NCBI GenBank assembly: GCA_963736505.1
Contig: CAVTOZ010000004.1
Coordinates: 47,405-111,404 of the forward strand
DNA: 64,000 bases
Source: an uncultured Solirubrobacteraceae bacterium
Lineage (GTDB): Bacteria; Actinomycetota; Thermoleophilia; Solirubrobacterales; Solirubrobacteraceae
Direction: 5' to 3'
In this document: positions 39,643 through 51,043 of the stretch, piece by piece
How positions within the stretch are numbered: the first letter of the stretch is position 1
How the letters are laid out: every line of letters starts with the position of its first letter
Made by a program: the position numbers and the translations under genes
The notes under the pieces: model-generated
Seen by the model: the letters and a program-made list of their open reading frames with translations, nothing else
Database searches by the model: none
What the model was told of the DNA's origin: nothing

Positions 39643-41028
39643 ATGGCCATCGAGTCCCCCGTCCAGATCCCCCGCCAGCGCATCTCCGAGCTGATCGCGC
39701 GCGAGGAAGCCCGCCTCAACGACGCGACGCGCAAGTCGCTGGAGACCTACGAGCGCGCGAAGGTCCACCTCGCCGGCGGCGTAGCGTCGTCCTACCAGCT
39801 GCGCGACCCGTGGCCGATCTACCTCGAGCGTGGCGCCGGCCCCAAGGTCTGGGACGTCGACGGCAACGAGATGTACGACTTCCACAACGGCTTCGGCTCG
39901 ATGGTCCAGGGCCACGCCCACCCGGCGATCGGCGCCGCGATCGCCGAGCGCTACGCCAAGGGCACGCACTTCGCGGCGCCGACCGAGGACGCGATCGTCG
40001 TCGGCGACGAGCTCGCCCGCCGCTGGGGCCTGGCGAAGTGGCGCTACACGAACTCCGGCTCGGAGTCCACGATGGACGCGATCCGGATCGCGCGCGGGCA
40101 CACCGGCCGCGACACGATCGTCAAGATCTTCGGCTCCTATCACGGCCACCACGACGGCGTGATGGTCTCGATCGGCGTCGAGTACGACCAGATCGGCGAT
40201 CACGAGAACCTCGCCTCGCTCCCGTACGGCGCCGGCATCCCGCAGGCCGTCGTGGACCTCACGATCCCCGTGCCGTTCAACGACGCGGGCGCGATGGAGC
40301 GCCGGATCGAGCGCCTCACGGAGGAGGGCCGCAAGCCCGCCTGCGTGATCATGGAGCCCGCGATGATGAACCTCGGGGTCGTGCTCCCCGAGCCCGGCTA
40401 TCTCGAGGCCGTGCGCGACATCACGCGCCGCCACGGCATCGTGCTGATCTTCGACGAGGTCAAGACCGGTCTGACGATCGCCGCCGGCGGCGCGACGGAG
40501 AAGTGGGGCGTCACGCCCGATCTCGTCACGCTCGCCAAGGCGCTCGGCGGCGGCATGCCGACCGGCGCGATCGGCGGCACCGAGGAGGTCATGGCCTCCG
40601 TCGAGGACGGCTCCGTCTACCAGGTGGGCACCTACAACGGCAACCCGCTCGGGATGGCGGCGATCCGCGCGAACCTGCTCGAGGTCCTCACGCCGGACGC
40701 CTACGCGCACCTCGCGCACCTCAACGACCGCATCCTCGCCGGCTGCGAGGGCGTGATCCGCAAGCACAACCTGCCCGGCTACGCCGTCGGCGTCGGCTCC
40801 AAGGGCTGCGTCACGTTCTCGACGACCAAGATCGTCGACTACGAGACGTTCAAGGCCAACCAGGACAAGGATCTGTCCGAGCTGGCGTGGCTCTACAACA
40901 TGAACCGCGGCATCTTCATGACGCCCGGGCGCGAGGAGGAGTGGACGCTCTCGGTCACGCACGACGACGCGTCGGTCGACACGTACGTGCAGGTGTTCGA
41001 GGCGATGGCTGCCGACCTACTGAGCTAG
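39643..41028 (+). CDS. Class III PLP aminotransferase (GSA-aminomutase-like)
   Basis: WDVDGNEMYD, NSGSESTMDAIRIAR, FDEVKTG, AKALGGG, GTYNGNP. Confidence 0.9.
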   Translation: MAIESPVQIPRQRISELIAREEARLNDATRKSLETYERAKVHLAGGVASSYQLRDPWPIYLERGAGPKVWDVDGNEMYDFHNGFGSMVQGHAHPAIGAAIAERYAKGTHFAAPTEDAIVVGDELARRWGLAKWRYTNSGSESTMDAIRIARGHTGRDTIVKIFGSYHGHHDGVMVSIGVEYDQIGDHENLASLPYGAGIPQAVVDLTIPVPFNDAGAMERRIERLTEEGRKPACVIMEPAMMNLGVVLPEPGYLEAVRDITRRHGIVLIFDEVKTGLTIAAGGATEKWGVTPDLVTLAKALGGGMPTGAIGGTEEVMASVEDGSVYQVGTYNGNPLGMAAIRANLLEVLTPDAYAHLAHLNDRILAGCEGVIRKHNLPGYAVGVGSKGCVTFSTTKIVDYETFKANQDKDLSELAWLYNMNRGIFMTPGREEEWTLSVTHDDASVDTYVQVFEAMAADLLS

Positions 41029-41273
41029 TAGGCCCACCACGAGCGGCCGCCCTGCTCGTCGATGAAGATGGTGCCGAACACGCGCAGGCCCATGTTCAGG
41101 TGGGCCTGCCGGATCGCGTCGTCCTTCGGCGGCAGGTCGGAGTTCCCGGCGGAGTAGTGGCGGAAGACCGTCGCGAACTCCGCCGGCGACACGCCGGCCG
41201 CGGGCGCGTCGGCACCGAAGGCCGACTGAACGACCATCGATGCAGGAGTGATCGGATCGATCGTTGCCGACAT
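41025..41273 (-). CDS. Hypothetical protein (82 aa)
   Basis: High-GC3 codon pattern; ends GGRSWWAY; fills the gap after purL. Confidence 0.5.
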   Translation of the reverse strand: MSATIDPITPASMVVQSAFGADAPAAGVSPAEFATVFRHYSAGNSDLPPKDDAIRQAHLNMGLRVFGTIFIDEQGGRSWWAY

Positions 41274-41341
41274 AGGGACGTCCCGGGCAATCGGCCGCGG
41301 TCGGCGAATCCTGAGCCGAAGTTCCCGCTAGGAGCGTGCGA

Positions 41342-43546
41342 TCAGTGCAACAGCGCGGTGAGGCCGTTGGAATGCGCGCGTTCGAGCTCGACTAGGCCGA
41401 GCTCCCCGAAGCCCTCGATCGCGAGCGTCTCGCCGCCCACCTCGCCGATCACGCGGGCGGCCGAGCCGAACGCGCGCAGCGCGTCCGCCGGGCCGGAGAC
41501 CAGGAACGCGCCCGGGCCTTCGCCGAACAGGTCCTCCTCGGACTCCAGGCCGCGCACGCGCGCCCCGACGCCGCCCGCGATGCAGGATTCGGCCAGCGCG
41601 ACCGCCACGCCGCCCTCGGCGACGTCGTGCGCCGACGTCAGCACGCCCGCGCGCACGGCCTGGCGGATCGCGGCGTGCAGCGCCTTCAGCTCGCCCAGGT
41701 CGGCGTGCGGGAGCGGGCCGGCGACGGGCTCGCCGCGCAGCTTGGACAGCTCCGACGCGGCCAGCGACGGCGCGTAGGACTCCGCCACGATCAGCGCGAC
41801 CGCGTCGCCGGAGCCGGAGAAGGCGAGCTTCCCCGCGCGCCGCGCGTCGGGCAGCTCGCCGACCAGGCCGACGACCGGCGTCGGGTAGATCGGGCCCTCG
41901 GCACCTTCGTTGTAGAGCGAGACGTTGCCGCCGACGACGGGCACGCCGAACGCGCGGCAGGCGTCGCCGAGGCCCGCGACCGCGCGCGTGAGCTGCCACG
42001 CGATGTGCGGCTTCTCGGGGTTGCCGAAGTTGAGGCAGTTCGTCAGGCCGAGCGGCTCGGCGCCGACGCAGGCGAGGTTGGCCGAGCACTCGAGCACGGC
42101 CTCGACGGCGCCGCGGTACGGGTCGGCGGCGACGCGGCGGCCGTTGCCGTCGATCGCCACCGCGATCGCCGGCCGCGGGCCTTCGCCGCGGCCGGACGGC
42201 CACAGCGCGGCCACATCGCCGTTCAAAGGCGTGTCGGGGAGCAGCAGCACCGCGGCGTCGGCCGACTCCGGCCGCCGCACGGTGCGCGAGCCGACGACCG
42301 AGTCGTACTGCTCGAACGCCCAGCGCCGCGAGGCGAGGTTCGCGCTCGAGAGCAGGGACAGCAGCGTCACCTCGGGCGCCTCGCCGGCGTCGATCAGCGC
42401 CTCCGGGACCGGGTAGACCGGCGAGGCCGGCTCGGCGGGCTCGAGGTCGTAGGCCGGGCACTCGTCGACGAGCGCCGTGACCGGCATGTCGCCGACCAGC
42501 GTCTCGCCGTCGAACACGCGCAGGCGGCGCGTGTCCGTGACCTCGCCGATCGCCGTCGCGTTGACCTCCCAGCGCGCGCACAGCTCCAGCACGGCGTCGA
42601 GCTTGGCGGGCTCGACCACGCACAGCATCCGCTCCTGCGACTCCGAGACCATGATCTCGAACGGCTCCATGTCCTCTTCGCGCAGCGGGACCTTGCGCAC
42701 GTCGAGGTCCAGGCCGAGCTCGCCCTTGGCCGCCATCTCGGCCGACGAGGACGTCAGTCCGGCGGCGCCCAGGTCCTGCAGCGCGACGAGCAGCTCGTGC
42801 TGGAGCAGGTCGAGCGAGCACTCGAGCAGCTTCTTCTCCTCGAACGGGTCGCCGATCTGGACGGTCGGGCGCTTGTCGTCGGACGCGTCGAGCTCGGCCG
42901 ACGCCAGCACCGACGCGCCGCCGATGCCGTCGCGGCCCGTGCGCGCGCCGAACAGCACGACGACGTTGCCGACGCCGGCGGCGGCCGACTTGATCAGCCG
43001 CTCGGTCTCGATCAGCCCGACGCACATCGCGTTCACGAGGCAGTTCGTCTCGTACGGGCCCTCGAAGTAGATCTCGCCGCCGACGGTGGCGATGCCGATG
43101 CTGTTGCCGTAGTGGCCGATCCCCGCGACGGCCTGCTCGAGCAGGTAGCGCGAGCGGGCCGAGGTCGGCTCGCCGAAGCGCAGCGAGTCGAGGATCGCGA
43201 TCGGGCGCGCGCCGATCGCGAAGATGTCGCGCAGGATGCCGCCGACGCCGGTGGCCGCGCCCTGGAACGGCTCGACCGCGCTCGGGTGGTTGTGCGACTC
43301 GACCTTGAACGCGCACGCGAGGCCGTCGCCGACCGAGACCGCGCCGGCGTTCTCGCCCGGGCCGAGGATCAGCCGCGGGCCCTCCGTCGGCAGCGACTTC
43401 AGCAGCCGGCGCGAGTGCTTGTAGCCGCAGTGCTCGCTCCACATCAGCGAGAACACGGCCAGCTCGACCTCGTTCGGCTCGCGGCCGAGCTTGCCGACGA
43501 TCAGGTCGTACTCGGCGTCGGTGAGGCCGAGCTCGCGGTGCTTCAT
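41342..43546 (-). CDS. purL: FGAM synthase subunit PurL
   Basis: MWSEHCGYKHS, ESHNHPS, GRDGIGGA, MVSESQERM, NCLNFGNP. Confidence 0.98.
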   Translation of the reverse strand: MKHRELGLTDAEYDLIVGKLGREPNEVELAVFSLMWSEHCGYKHSRRLLKSLPTEGPRLILGPGENAGAVSVGDGLACAFKVESHNHPSAVEPFQGAATGVGGILRDIFAIGARPIAILDSLRFGEPTSARSRYLLEQAVAGIGHYGNSIGIATVGGEIYFEGPYETNCLVNAMCVGLIETERLIKSAAAGVGNVVVLFGARTGRDGIGGASVLASAELDASDDKRPTVQIGDPFEEKKLLECSLDLLQHELLVALQDLGAAGLTSSSAEMAAKGELGLDLDVRKVPLREEDMEPFEIMVSESQERMLCVVEPAKLDAVLELCARWEVNATAIGEVTDTRRLRVFDGETLVGDMPVTALVDECPAYDLEPAEPASPVYPVPEALIDAGEAPEVTLLSLLSSANLASRRWAFEQYDSVVGSRTVRRPESADAAVLLLPDTPLNGDVAALWPSGRGEGPRPAIAVAIDGNGRRVAADPYRGAVEAVLECSANLACVGAEPLGLTNCLNFGNPEKPHIAWQLTRAVAGLGDACRAFGVPVVGGNVSLYNEGAEGPIYPTPVVGLVGELPDARRAGKLAFSGSGDAVALIVAESYAPSLAASELSKLRGEPVAGPLPHADLGELKALHAAIRQAVRAGVLTSAHDVAEGGVAVALAESCIAGGVGARVRGLESEEDLFGEGPGAFLVSGPADALRAFGSAARVIGEVGGETLAIEGFGELGLVELERAHSNGLTALLH

Positions 43547-44244
43547 CACGAGGCGAAGCCGGTGACGAGCCCCCCGGGGCGAGGCAGCGGGACGCGGGCG
43601 GCCGAGAGGAACAGCTTCAGCCCGTCCGCGGAGCCGGTCAGCGGCTCGACCGCGTGCTCGGGGTGCGGCATCAGCCCGACGACGTTGCCGGCGTGGTTGC
43701 TCACGCCGGCGATGTCGCGCGCGGAGCCGTTGAAGTTCGAGCCGGGCGCGTAGCGCAGCACGACCTGGCCGGACGCCTCGAGCTCGTCGAGCACGGGATC
43801 GGGCGCCCAGTAGCGGCCGGTCATGTGCTTGGCCGGGATCGACAGCACGTCGCCGGCCGAGGTCGCCGACGTCCACGCCGTGTGCGAGTTGACGACCTCG
43901 AGCGCGAGCTGGCGGCAGGTGAAGCGCAGGTTCGTGTTCGGCAACAGCGCGCCGGGCAGCAGGCCGAGCTCGCACAGGACCTGGAAGCCGTTGCAGATGC
44001 CGAGCACGAGGCCGCCTGTCCGCGCGAAGCGCTCGACCTCCTCCATCACCGGCGCGAAGCGCGCGATCGCGCCGGCCCGCAGGTAGTCGCCGTAGGAGAA
44101 GCCGCCGGGGACGATCACGGCGTCGACGCCCTTGAGGTCGTGGTCGGCGTGCCACAGCAGCTCGGCCTCGCCGACACGGCGCGCGGCGAGCAGCGCGTCG
44201 ACCTCGTCGCACGAGCCGGGGAAGCGGACGACCCCGAACCTCAC
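43546..44244 (-). CDS. purQ: FGAM synthase glutaminase subunit
   Basis: [30 protein letters not shown]. Confidence 0.97.
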   Translation of the reverse strand: MRFGVVRFPGSCDEVDALLAARRVGEAELLWHADHDLKGVDAVIVPGGFSYGDYLRAGAIARFAPVMEEVERFARTGGLVLGICNGFQVLCELGLLPGALLPNTNLRFTCRQLALEVVNSHTAWTSATSAGDVLSIPAKHMTGRYWAPDPVLDELEASGQVVLRYAPGSNFNGSARDIAGVSNHAGNVVGLMPHPEHAVEPLTGSADGLKLFLSAARVPLPRPGGLVTGFAS

Positions 44245-44248
44245 AGGG

Positions 44249-44521
44249 TTACCTCCGCGGGGCATCCAGCCCCGCGCTTTGACTCGGACGAGTGGCATCC
44301 GGCCACTCGATTGAGTAGTCCTCGATCAGGGGATTCGAGAGCAGCTTCTCGCACATCTCCGGCACCTGCGAGGCGTCCGGCACGTCGAGCTCGATCAGCC
44401 GGCCGACGTGGACGTGCGCGACGCCCTCGAAGCCGAGCGCCGGCAGCGCGCGCTCGACGGCCTGGCCCTGCGGATCGAGGATGCCGGCCTTCGGCCGGAT
44501 CAGCACGCGGACCCGGGTCAC
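44249..44521 (-). CDS. purS: FGAM synthase subunit PurS
   Basis: [16 protein letters not shown]. Confidence 0.95.
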   Translation of the reverse strand: MTRVRVLIRPKAGILDPQGQAVERALPALGFEGVAHVHVGRLIELDVPDASQVPEMCEKLLSNPLIEDYSIEWPDATRPSQSAGLDAPRR

Positions 44522-44579
44522 GCCGCCCGCTCCGCATGGCCGTGACAGTGCCGTTGGTTGCCTCTCACGGAGGTATTCG

Positions 44580-45449
44580 TCACGCGACTCGGTCCAGCCA
44601 CGCGCCGAAGGGCTCGCCGGCCAGGCGCTCGTAGGCCGTCACGTAGCGCTCGCGCGTCTGGGCGACGACCTCGTCCGGGATCGCCGGCGCGGGCGGGTTC
44701 TTGTCCCAGCCCGTCCCGGACGCCCAGTCGCGCACGTATTGCTTGTCGAACGACGGCTGGCCGTGGCCGGGCTCGTAGCCGTCGGCGGGCCAGAAGCGCG
44801 AGGAGTCCGGCGTGCAGACCTCGTCGCCGAGCGTCAGCGTCCCGTTCTCGTCGAGGCCGAACTCGAACTTCGTGTCGGCCAGGATCACGCCGCGCGCCCG
44901 AGCGTGCGCCGCCACCGCGCCGTAGACCGCCAGCGAGGCGTCGCGCACCTGGGCGGCGAGCTCCTCGGAGCCGAGCAGGCGCACCGTCTCCGCGAAGTCG
45001 ATCGCCTCGTCGTGGCCGACCTCGGCCTTCGTCGACGGCGTGTAGATCGGCTCCGGCAGCTGCTGGGACTCGAGCAGCCCGGCCGGCAGCTCGACGCCCG
45101 AGACCTTGCCGGTCGCCTGGTAGTCCTTCCAGCCGGAGCCCGTGATGTAGCCGCGGATGATGCACTCGACGGGCAGCATCTTCAGGCGCTTGACCCGCAG
45201 CCCGCGGCCGCGGAACTCGGCGGGCACACCCTCGGTGGCCGAGAGGAAGTGGTTCGGGACGATGTCCCGCGTGAGGCCGAACCAGAGGACGGACAGCCCG
45301 GTCAGGACCTTGCCCTTGTCCGGGATCGCCGTCGGGTGCACGACGTCGTAGGTGGAGATCCGGTCGGAGGCGACGAGCAGCAGGTCGTCGCCCAGGTCGT
45401 ACAGCTCACGGACCTTGCCGGAGTGCAGCAGCGGAAGCGTCACAGACAC
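44580..45449 (-). CDS. purC: SAICAR synthase
   Basis: SGKVRELY, SDRISTYD, ADTKFEFG, TPDSSRFW, SFDKQ. Confidence 0.98.
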   Translation of the reverse strand: MSVTLPLLHSGKVRELYDLGDDLLLVASDRISTYDVVHPTAIPDKGKVLTGLSVLWFGLTRDIVPNHFLSATEGVPAEFRGRGLRVKRLKMLPVECIIRGYITGSGWKDYQATGKVSGVELPAGLLESQQLPEPIYTPSTKAEVGHDEAIDFAETVRLLGSEELAAQVRDASLAVYGAVAAHARARGVILADTKFEFGLDENGTLTLGDEVCTPDSSRFWPADGYEPGHGQPSFDKQYVRDWASGTGWDKNPPAPAIPDEVVAQTRERYVTAYERLAGEPFGAWLDRVA

Positions 45450-45464
45450 CTTCGAGAGGTTAGT

Positions 45465-46552
45465 TCACAGGTCGTACGGGAAATCGGTCAGCGTCTCGTA
45501 GCCGTCCGCGGTGACCAGCACGATGTCCTCCAGCCGGCAGCCGCCGAAGCCGCGCCGGTAGCAGCCGGGCTCGAGCGTGATCACGTCGCCGGCCACCAGA
45601 TCGTCGCCGAGCCGGCCGAGGTTCGGGCCCTCATGGACCTCGAGCCCGACCCCGTGGCCGAGCCCGTGGAAGTAGCCGTCCTCGAGGATCTCGCCCGGCT
45701 TCTTGGTCAGGTGCGTCGGCTTGCCGGCCTCGATGTAGGGCTCGCACGAGCGCTCGAACAGCGTGCGGCCGTTGGCGCCGGGCCGGACATCGGCGTAGAC
45801 GCGGGCGAGCGAGTCCTTCGTCAGCCGCCAGTACTCCTCGAGCTCGGCCGGCGGCTCGCCGCCGCCCGCCACGAACGTGCGCGTCATGTCCGACCAGCAG
45901 CGCGAGCGCTTGTCGCGCGGCCAGATGTCGATCACGACGGGCTCGCCGGCGGCGATCCGGCCGTGGCCGGACTCGTGCCCGACGGCCGTCTGCGCGCCGT
46001 GGGAAACGATCACGTCGTCGCCGAGCTCGCAGCCGTGCGCCTCCGCGACGGCCTGCATCGCGGCGCGGACCTCCTCGCACGTCAGCCCCGCGCGGAGCTC
46101 GCGGACCAGCGCCGCGGCCGCGCCCATGGCGGCGTCGGCGGCCTTCTGGGCGCGCCGGATGCCCTCGAGCTGGGCCGGCGTCTTGACCCGCCGGCGGCGC
46201 GCGAACGCGTCGCCGTCGACGGTCAGCTCGATGCCGGCGGCGCGCAGGTGGTCCGCGACGAAGAGCGGGAACTCGGGCGGCACGGTCGCGTGGCCGACCC
46301 CCAGCCGCTCGCAGGCGCGCAGGCACAGCTCGGCCTCGAGCGTGACGCGGTCGATCCCGCCCGCGATCAGCTCGTCGATCCCGAGCACCGAGGAATCGAT
46401 CACCTCGATGCCCAGCTCCGACACCTTGTCGGCGTCGAGCACGCTGACGGTCGCCGCGCGGCGGTCGCCGTCCTCCACGTACAGGAACGGGTCGGTGATG
46501 CCCACCGGGACCGCGTGGAAGAGGTCGGCCGACAGCTCGGGAGAGCCGAAGA

Positions 46553-46565
<13 letters not shown>
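45465..46565 (-). CDS. M24 Xaa-Pro peptidase family protein; apparent ATC start
   Basis: KTPAQLEGIRRAQ, VVIDIW, WSDMTRT, HGLGHGVGLEVHE, TLEPG, CRLED. Confidence 0.88.
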
Positions 46566-47830
<1,265 letters not shown>

Positions 47831-47870
47831 TCGGCGCCCGATCCTAGAGGCCGCGCCAGAATGCTCGTTC

Positions 47871-48299
47871 GTGACCCGCATCCTGTTGGTCGAGGACAAC
47901 CCCGGCGACGCGCAGCTCGTGCGCATGGCGCTGACCGAAGCGCTGCCGTCCGCGCGGTTGTCGGTGGCGGCCGACGGCGAGGCCGCGCTCGCCCGCCTGC
48001 GCGACGAGGGCGGCCCGCCCGACCTGATGCTGCTCGACCTCAACCTCCCGCGCCTGTCGGGCCACGAGGTGCTCGCCGCCGTCCGCGAGGACGAGGATCC
48101 CGCGGTCCGGCGGCTGCCGGTCGTGGTGCTCAGCTCGTCCGACGCGGAGGCCGACGTCCGGCGCTCCTACGAGCTCGGCGCCAGCTCGCACGTCGCCAAG
48201 CCGGCCGACGTCGACCAGCTGTTCGCGCTGATCGAGACGCTGACGCGCTACTGGTTCGGCGCCGTCACGCTGCCCGGCGGAACAGCAGGCCGGCGCTGA
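47871..48299 (+). CDS. Single-domain response regulator (Rcp1/CheY-like)
   Basis: ILLVEDNPGD, LLDLNLP, VVVLSSS..D...SYELGA...KP. Confidence 0.92.
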   Translation: MTRILLVEDNPGDAQLVRMALTEALPSARLSVAADGEAALARLRDEGGPPDLMLLDLNLPRLSGHEVLAAVREDEDPAVRRLPVVVLSSSDAEADVRRSYELGASSHVAKPADVDQLFALIETLTRYWFGAVTLPGGTAGRR

Positions 48300-49005
48300 C
48301 GATCCCGACCGCCGCGAGCCCTGCGCACCAGGCGAGCGCGATCGCGGCGTCGTCGCCGATCGGCGTGCCGAGCAGCAGCCCGCGCAGCGTCTCCACGATC
48401 GGCGTGACGGGCTGGCGGTCGCCGATCCAGTGCAGCGCGGCCGGCATCGTGTCCGTCGGGACGAACGCGCTGCTCACGTACGGCAGGAACATGATCGCGA
48501 ACGAGAACGCGCCGGCCCCCTCGGCGCTCTTGGCCACCAGCCCGAAGCAGGCGGCGATCCACGAGATCGCGAACATGAACGCGAGCAGGATCCCGGCCAC
48601 GCCGAGCCAGTCGAGCGCGCTCGCGTGCGGGCGGAACCCGATCAGCAGCGCGACGCCGATCACGATCACGGTCGAGACGAGGTTGCGCAGCACGCTCGCG
48701 ACGACGTGGCCCGTGAGCACGCCGGAGCCGGCGATCGGCAGCGAGCGGAACCGGTCGATCACGCCTGTCGTCATGTCCGCGTTGACGCTGACCGAGGTCG
48801 TCGCCGAGCCGTAGCCGGCGCACAGCAGCACGATCCCCGGGACGACGTAGTCGACGTAGCGCCCCCCGGCGTCGAGCGCGCCGCCGAAGACATAGACGAA
48901 CAGCAGCAGGATCAGCACCGGCAGCAGCACGGCGACCATCACGGCGTCGATGCTGCGGGTGCTGTGGCGCACGCTGCGGCCGACGAAGACGAGTGAGTCG
49001 GACAT
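48265..49005 (-). CDS. ABC-2 type permease
   Basis: YVDYVVPG, DRFRSLP, LPYVSSAFVP. Confidence 0.92.
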   Translation of the reverse strand: MSDSLVFVGRSVRHSTRSIDAVMVAVLLPVLILLLFVYVFGGALDAGGRYVDYVVPGIVLLCAGYGSATTSVSVNADMTTGVIDRFRSLPIAGSGVLTGHVVASVLRNLVSTVIVIGVALLIGFRPHASALDWLGVAGILLAFMFAISWIAACFGLVAKSAEGAGAFSFAIMFLPYVSSAFVPTDTMPAALHWIGDRQPVTPIVETLRGLLLGTPIGDDAAIALAWCAGLAAVGIVSAGLLFRRAA

Positions 49006-49006
49006 C

Positions 49007-49906
49007 TCAGACCCTTTCGGTGAGCGAGAGGAACACGTCGTCGAGGCTCGGGCGGTGCAGCGCGATCCGCTGCACGCCGGCGACCTCGTCCAGCAGGCGG
49101 CGGACGCGGTCGGCGCTGCCGTCGGACGGCACGCGCAGGCATAGGCGCTCGGGATCGGCGACCCCCTCCGCGCCGGCCGCCTCGAGGCTCTCCAGATCCG
49201 CGAAGAACAGCTCGACCGTCTCGTCGCCGAGGCGCGCCTTGAGCTCGTCGGCGCTGCCCTCGGCGACGACGCGGCCGCGGTCGATCACGGCGATCCGGTC
49301 GGCGAGGACGTCGGCCTCGTCGAGGTACTGCGTGGTCAGCAGCACGGTCGCGCCGGACGCGGCGAGCTCGGCCACCGCGTCCCAGACGTCGCGCCGGCTG
49401 CGCGGGTCCAGGCCCGTCGTCGGCTCGTCGAGGACGACGACCTGCGGCTCGGAGACGAGGCTCATCGCCAGGTCCAGCCGCCGCTTCATGCCGCCGGAGT
49501 AGGTCCCGACGCGGCGGTCGCAGGCCTCCTGCAGGCCGAAGCGCTCGATCAGATCGCTCGCGCGCCGGCGCGCGGCCGGCCGGCGCAGGTGGCGCAGGCG
49601 CGCCATCAGCACCAGGTTCTCGCGCGCGGTCAGGACCTCGTCCACGGCGGCGTACTGGCCGGTGAGGCTGAGCGCCGTGCGCACCGCCATCGGCTCGCGC
49701 GCGACGTCGTGGCCCGCGACCCGGGCGCTGCCGGAGTCGGCGTGCAGAAGCGTGGAGAGGATCCGGACCGTCGTGGTCTTGCCGGCCCCGTTGGGGCCGA
49801 GCAGGGCGAACACCGAGCCCGCCTGGACCGCGAGGTCGAGCCCGGTCAGGACCGGCACCTTGCCGAACGACTTCGTCAGCTCGTCGATCTCGATTGTGTA
49901 TGCCAT
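49007..49906 (-). CDS. DrrA-like ABC ATP-binding protein
   Basis: GPNGAGKTT, YSGGMKRRLD, LDEPTTGLDP, LTTQYLDEA. Confidence 0.95.
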   Translation of the reverse strand: MAYTIEIDELTKSFGKVPVLTGLDLAVQAGSVFALLGPNGAGKTTTVRILSTLLHADSGSARVAGHDVAREPMAVRTALSLTGQYAAVDEVLTARENLVLMARLRHLRRPAARRRASDLIERFGLQEACDRRVGTYSGGMKRRLDLAMSLVSEPQVVVLDEPTTGLDPRSRRDVWDAVAELAASGATVLLTTQYLDEADVLADRIAVIDRGRVVAEGSADELKARLGDETVELFFADLESLEAAGAEGVADPERLCLRVPSDGSADRVRRLLDEVAGVQRIALHRPSLDDVFLSLTERV

Positions 49907-49928
49907 ACACAATGTGTACCACGTACAC
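49895..49928. promoter_or_regulatory. Two palindromic TetR operator candidates
   Basis: TGTGTATG-C-CATACACA (49895-49911) and GTGTAC-CAC-GTACAC (49914-49928). Confidence 0.7.
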
Positions 49929-49935
49929 TTCGAGC

Positions 49936-50646
49936 ATGCAACCCGAACTGCCCCCTGGCCTGGACCGGCTGTGGGCGCCGGGGCCCGCGAAGCCGAGCCG
50001 CGGCGGCCTGAGCGTCGACAAGGTCGTCACGGCCGCGCTGGAGCTCGCCGACGCCGACGGGCTCGAGGCGGTCTCGATGGCCCGCGTGGCGAAGTCGCTC
50101 GGCTTCACGACGATGTCGCTGTACCGGCACGTGCGGTCCAAGGAGGAGCTGCTGGTGCTGATGATGAACCGGGTGATGACGATGCCCGCGGCCCGGCCCT
50201 ACGCGGGCTGGCGCGAGGGCCTGGCCGGCTGGGCGTGGGACCTGCTGCGCATGGTCCGCGCGCATCCGTGGGTCGTGTACGTCCGCATCAGCCCGCCGCC
50301 GGCGACGCCGTCGAGCGTCGAGCTGATGGAGCGCGGCCTCGTCCCGCTCGCGGACACGCCGCTGACCGAGGACGAGAAGGCGTCGCTGATCCTGATGATC
50401 AACGGCTACGTGTTCTGGCAGGCGCGGCTGGAGATCGAGCTCGCGCCGGGCGCGGGCGACCCCGCGACCGACCCGCTGGTCGCCTACGTCACCGTCATGC
50501 ACGCGTTCGTCGACGACCGCTGGCCCGCCGTCAAGCGGCTGGTCGACGCCGGCGTGTTCGACGACGAACAGGACACGCGCGACGCCGACTTCGCGTTCGG
50601 CCTCGAGCGCATCCTCGACGGCGTCGAGGCGCTCGTCAGGCGCTGA
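49936..50646 (+). CDS. TetR-family regulator (TetR_C type)
   Basis: VVTAALELADADGLEAVSMARVAKSLGFTTMSLYRHV; FAFGLERILDGV. Confidence 0.93.
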   Translation: MQPELPPGLDRLWAPGPAKPSRGGLSVDKVVTAALELADADGLEAVSMARVAKSLGFTTMSLYRHVRSKEELLVLMMNRVMTMPAARPYAGWREGLAGWAWDLLRMVRAHPWVVYVRISPPPATPSSVELMERGLVPLADTPLTEDEKASLILMINGYVFWQARLEIELAPGAGDPATDPLVAYVTVMHAFVDDRWPAVKRLVDAGVFDDEQDTRDADFAFGLERILDGVEALVRR

Positions 50647-51043
50647 GGATGCGCGCCGCCAGCACGGCGGCGTTGCGGGCGTTGTCGACGCCCACGCACG
50701 CGACCGGCACGCCCGGCGGCATCTGCGCGATCGAGAGCAGCGCGTCCAGCCCGCCGCCGACCGAGGTGGACGACGTCAGCGGCACGCCGATCACCGGCAG
50801 GTCGGTGTGGGCGGCGACCACGCCGGGCAGCGCGGCCGACAGGCCGGCGCCGGCGATGATCACCTTCAGCCCGCGGTCGCGCGCCGTCTTGGCGTACTCG
50901 GCGACCTTCTCCGGGTCGCGGTGCGCGGACATCACGTTCATCTCGTGGGTGATGTTGCGGGCGTCGAGCTCCTTCGCCGCCTTCTCCATCGCGGGCAGGT
51001 CGGACTGCGAGCCCATCACGATGCCCACTTGCGCGTCACTCAT
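50636..51043 (-). CDS. purE: N5-CAIR mutase / AIR carboxylase
   Basis: [39 protein letters not shown]. Confidence 0.97.
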   Translation of the reverse strand: MSDAQVGIVMGSQSDLPAMEKAAKELDARNITHEMNVMSAHRDPEKVAEYAKTARDRGLKVIIAGAGLSAALPGVVAAHTDLPVIGVPLTSSTSVGGGLDALLSIAQMPPGVPVACVGVDNARNAAVLAARILSA

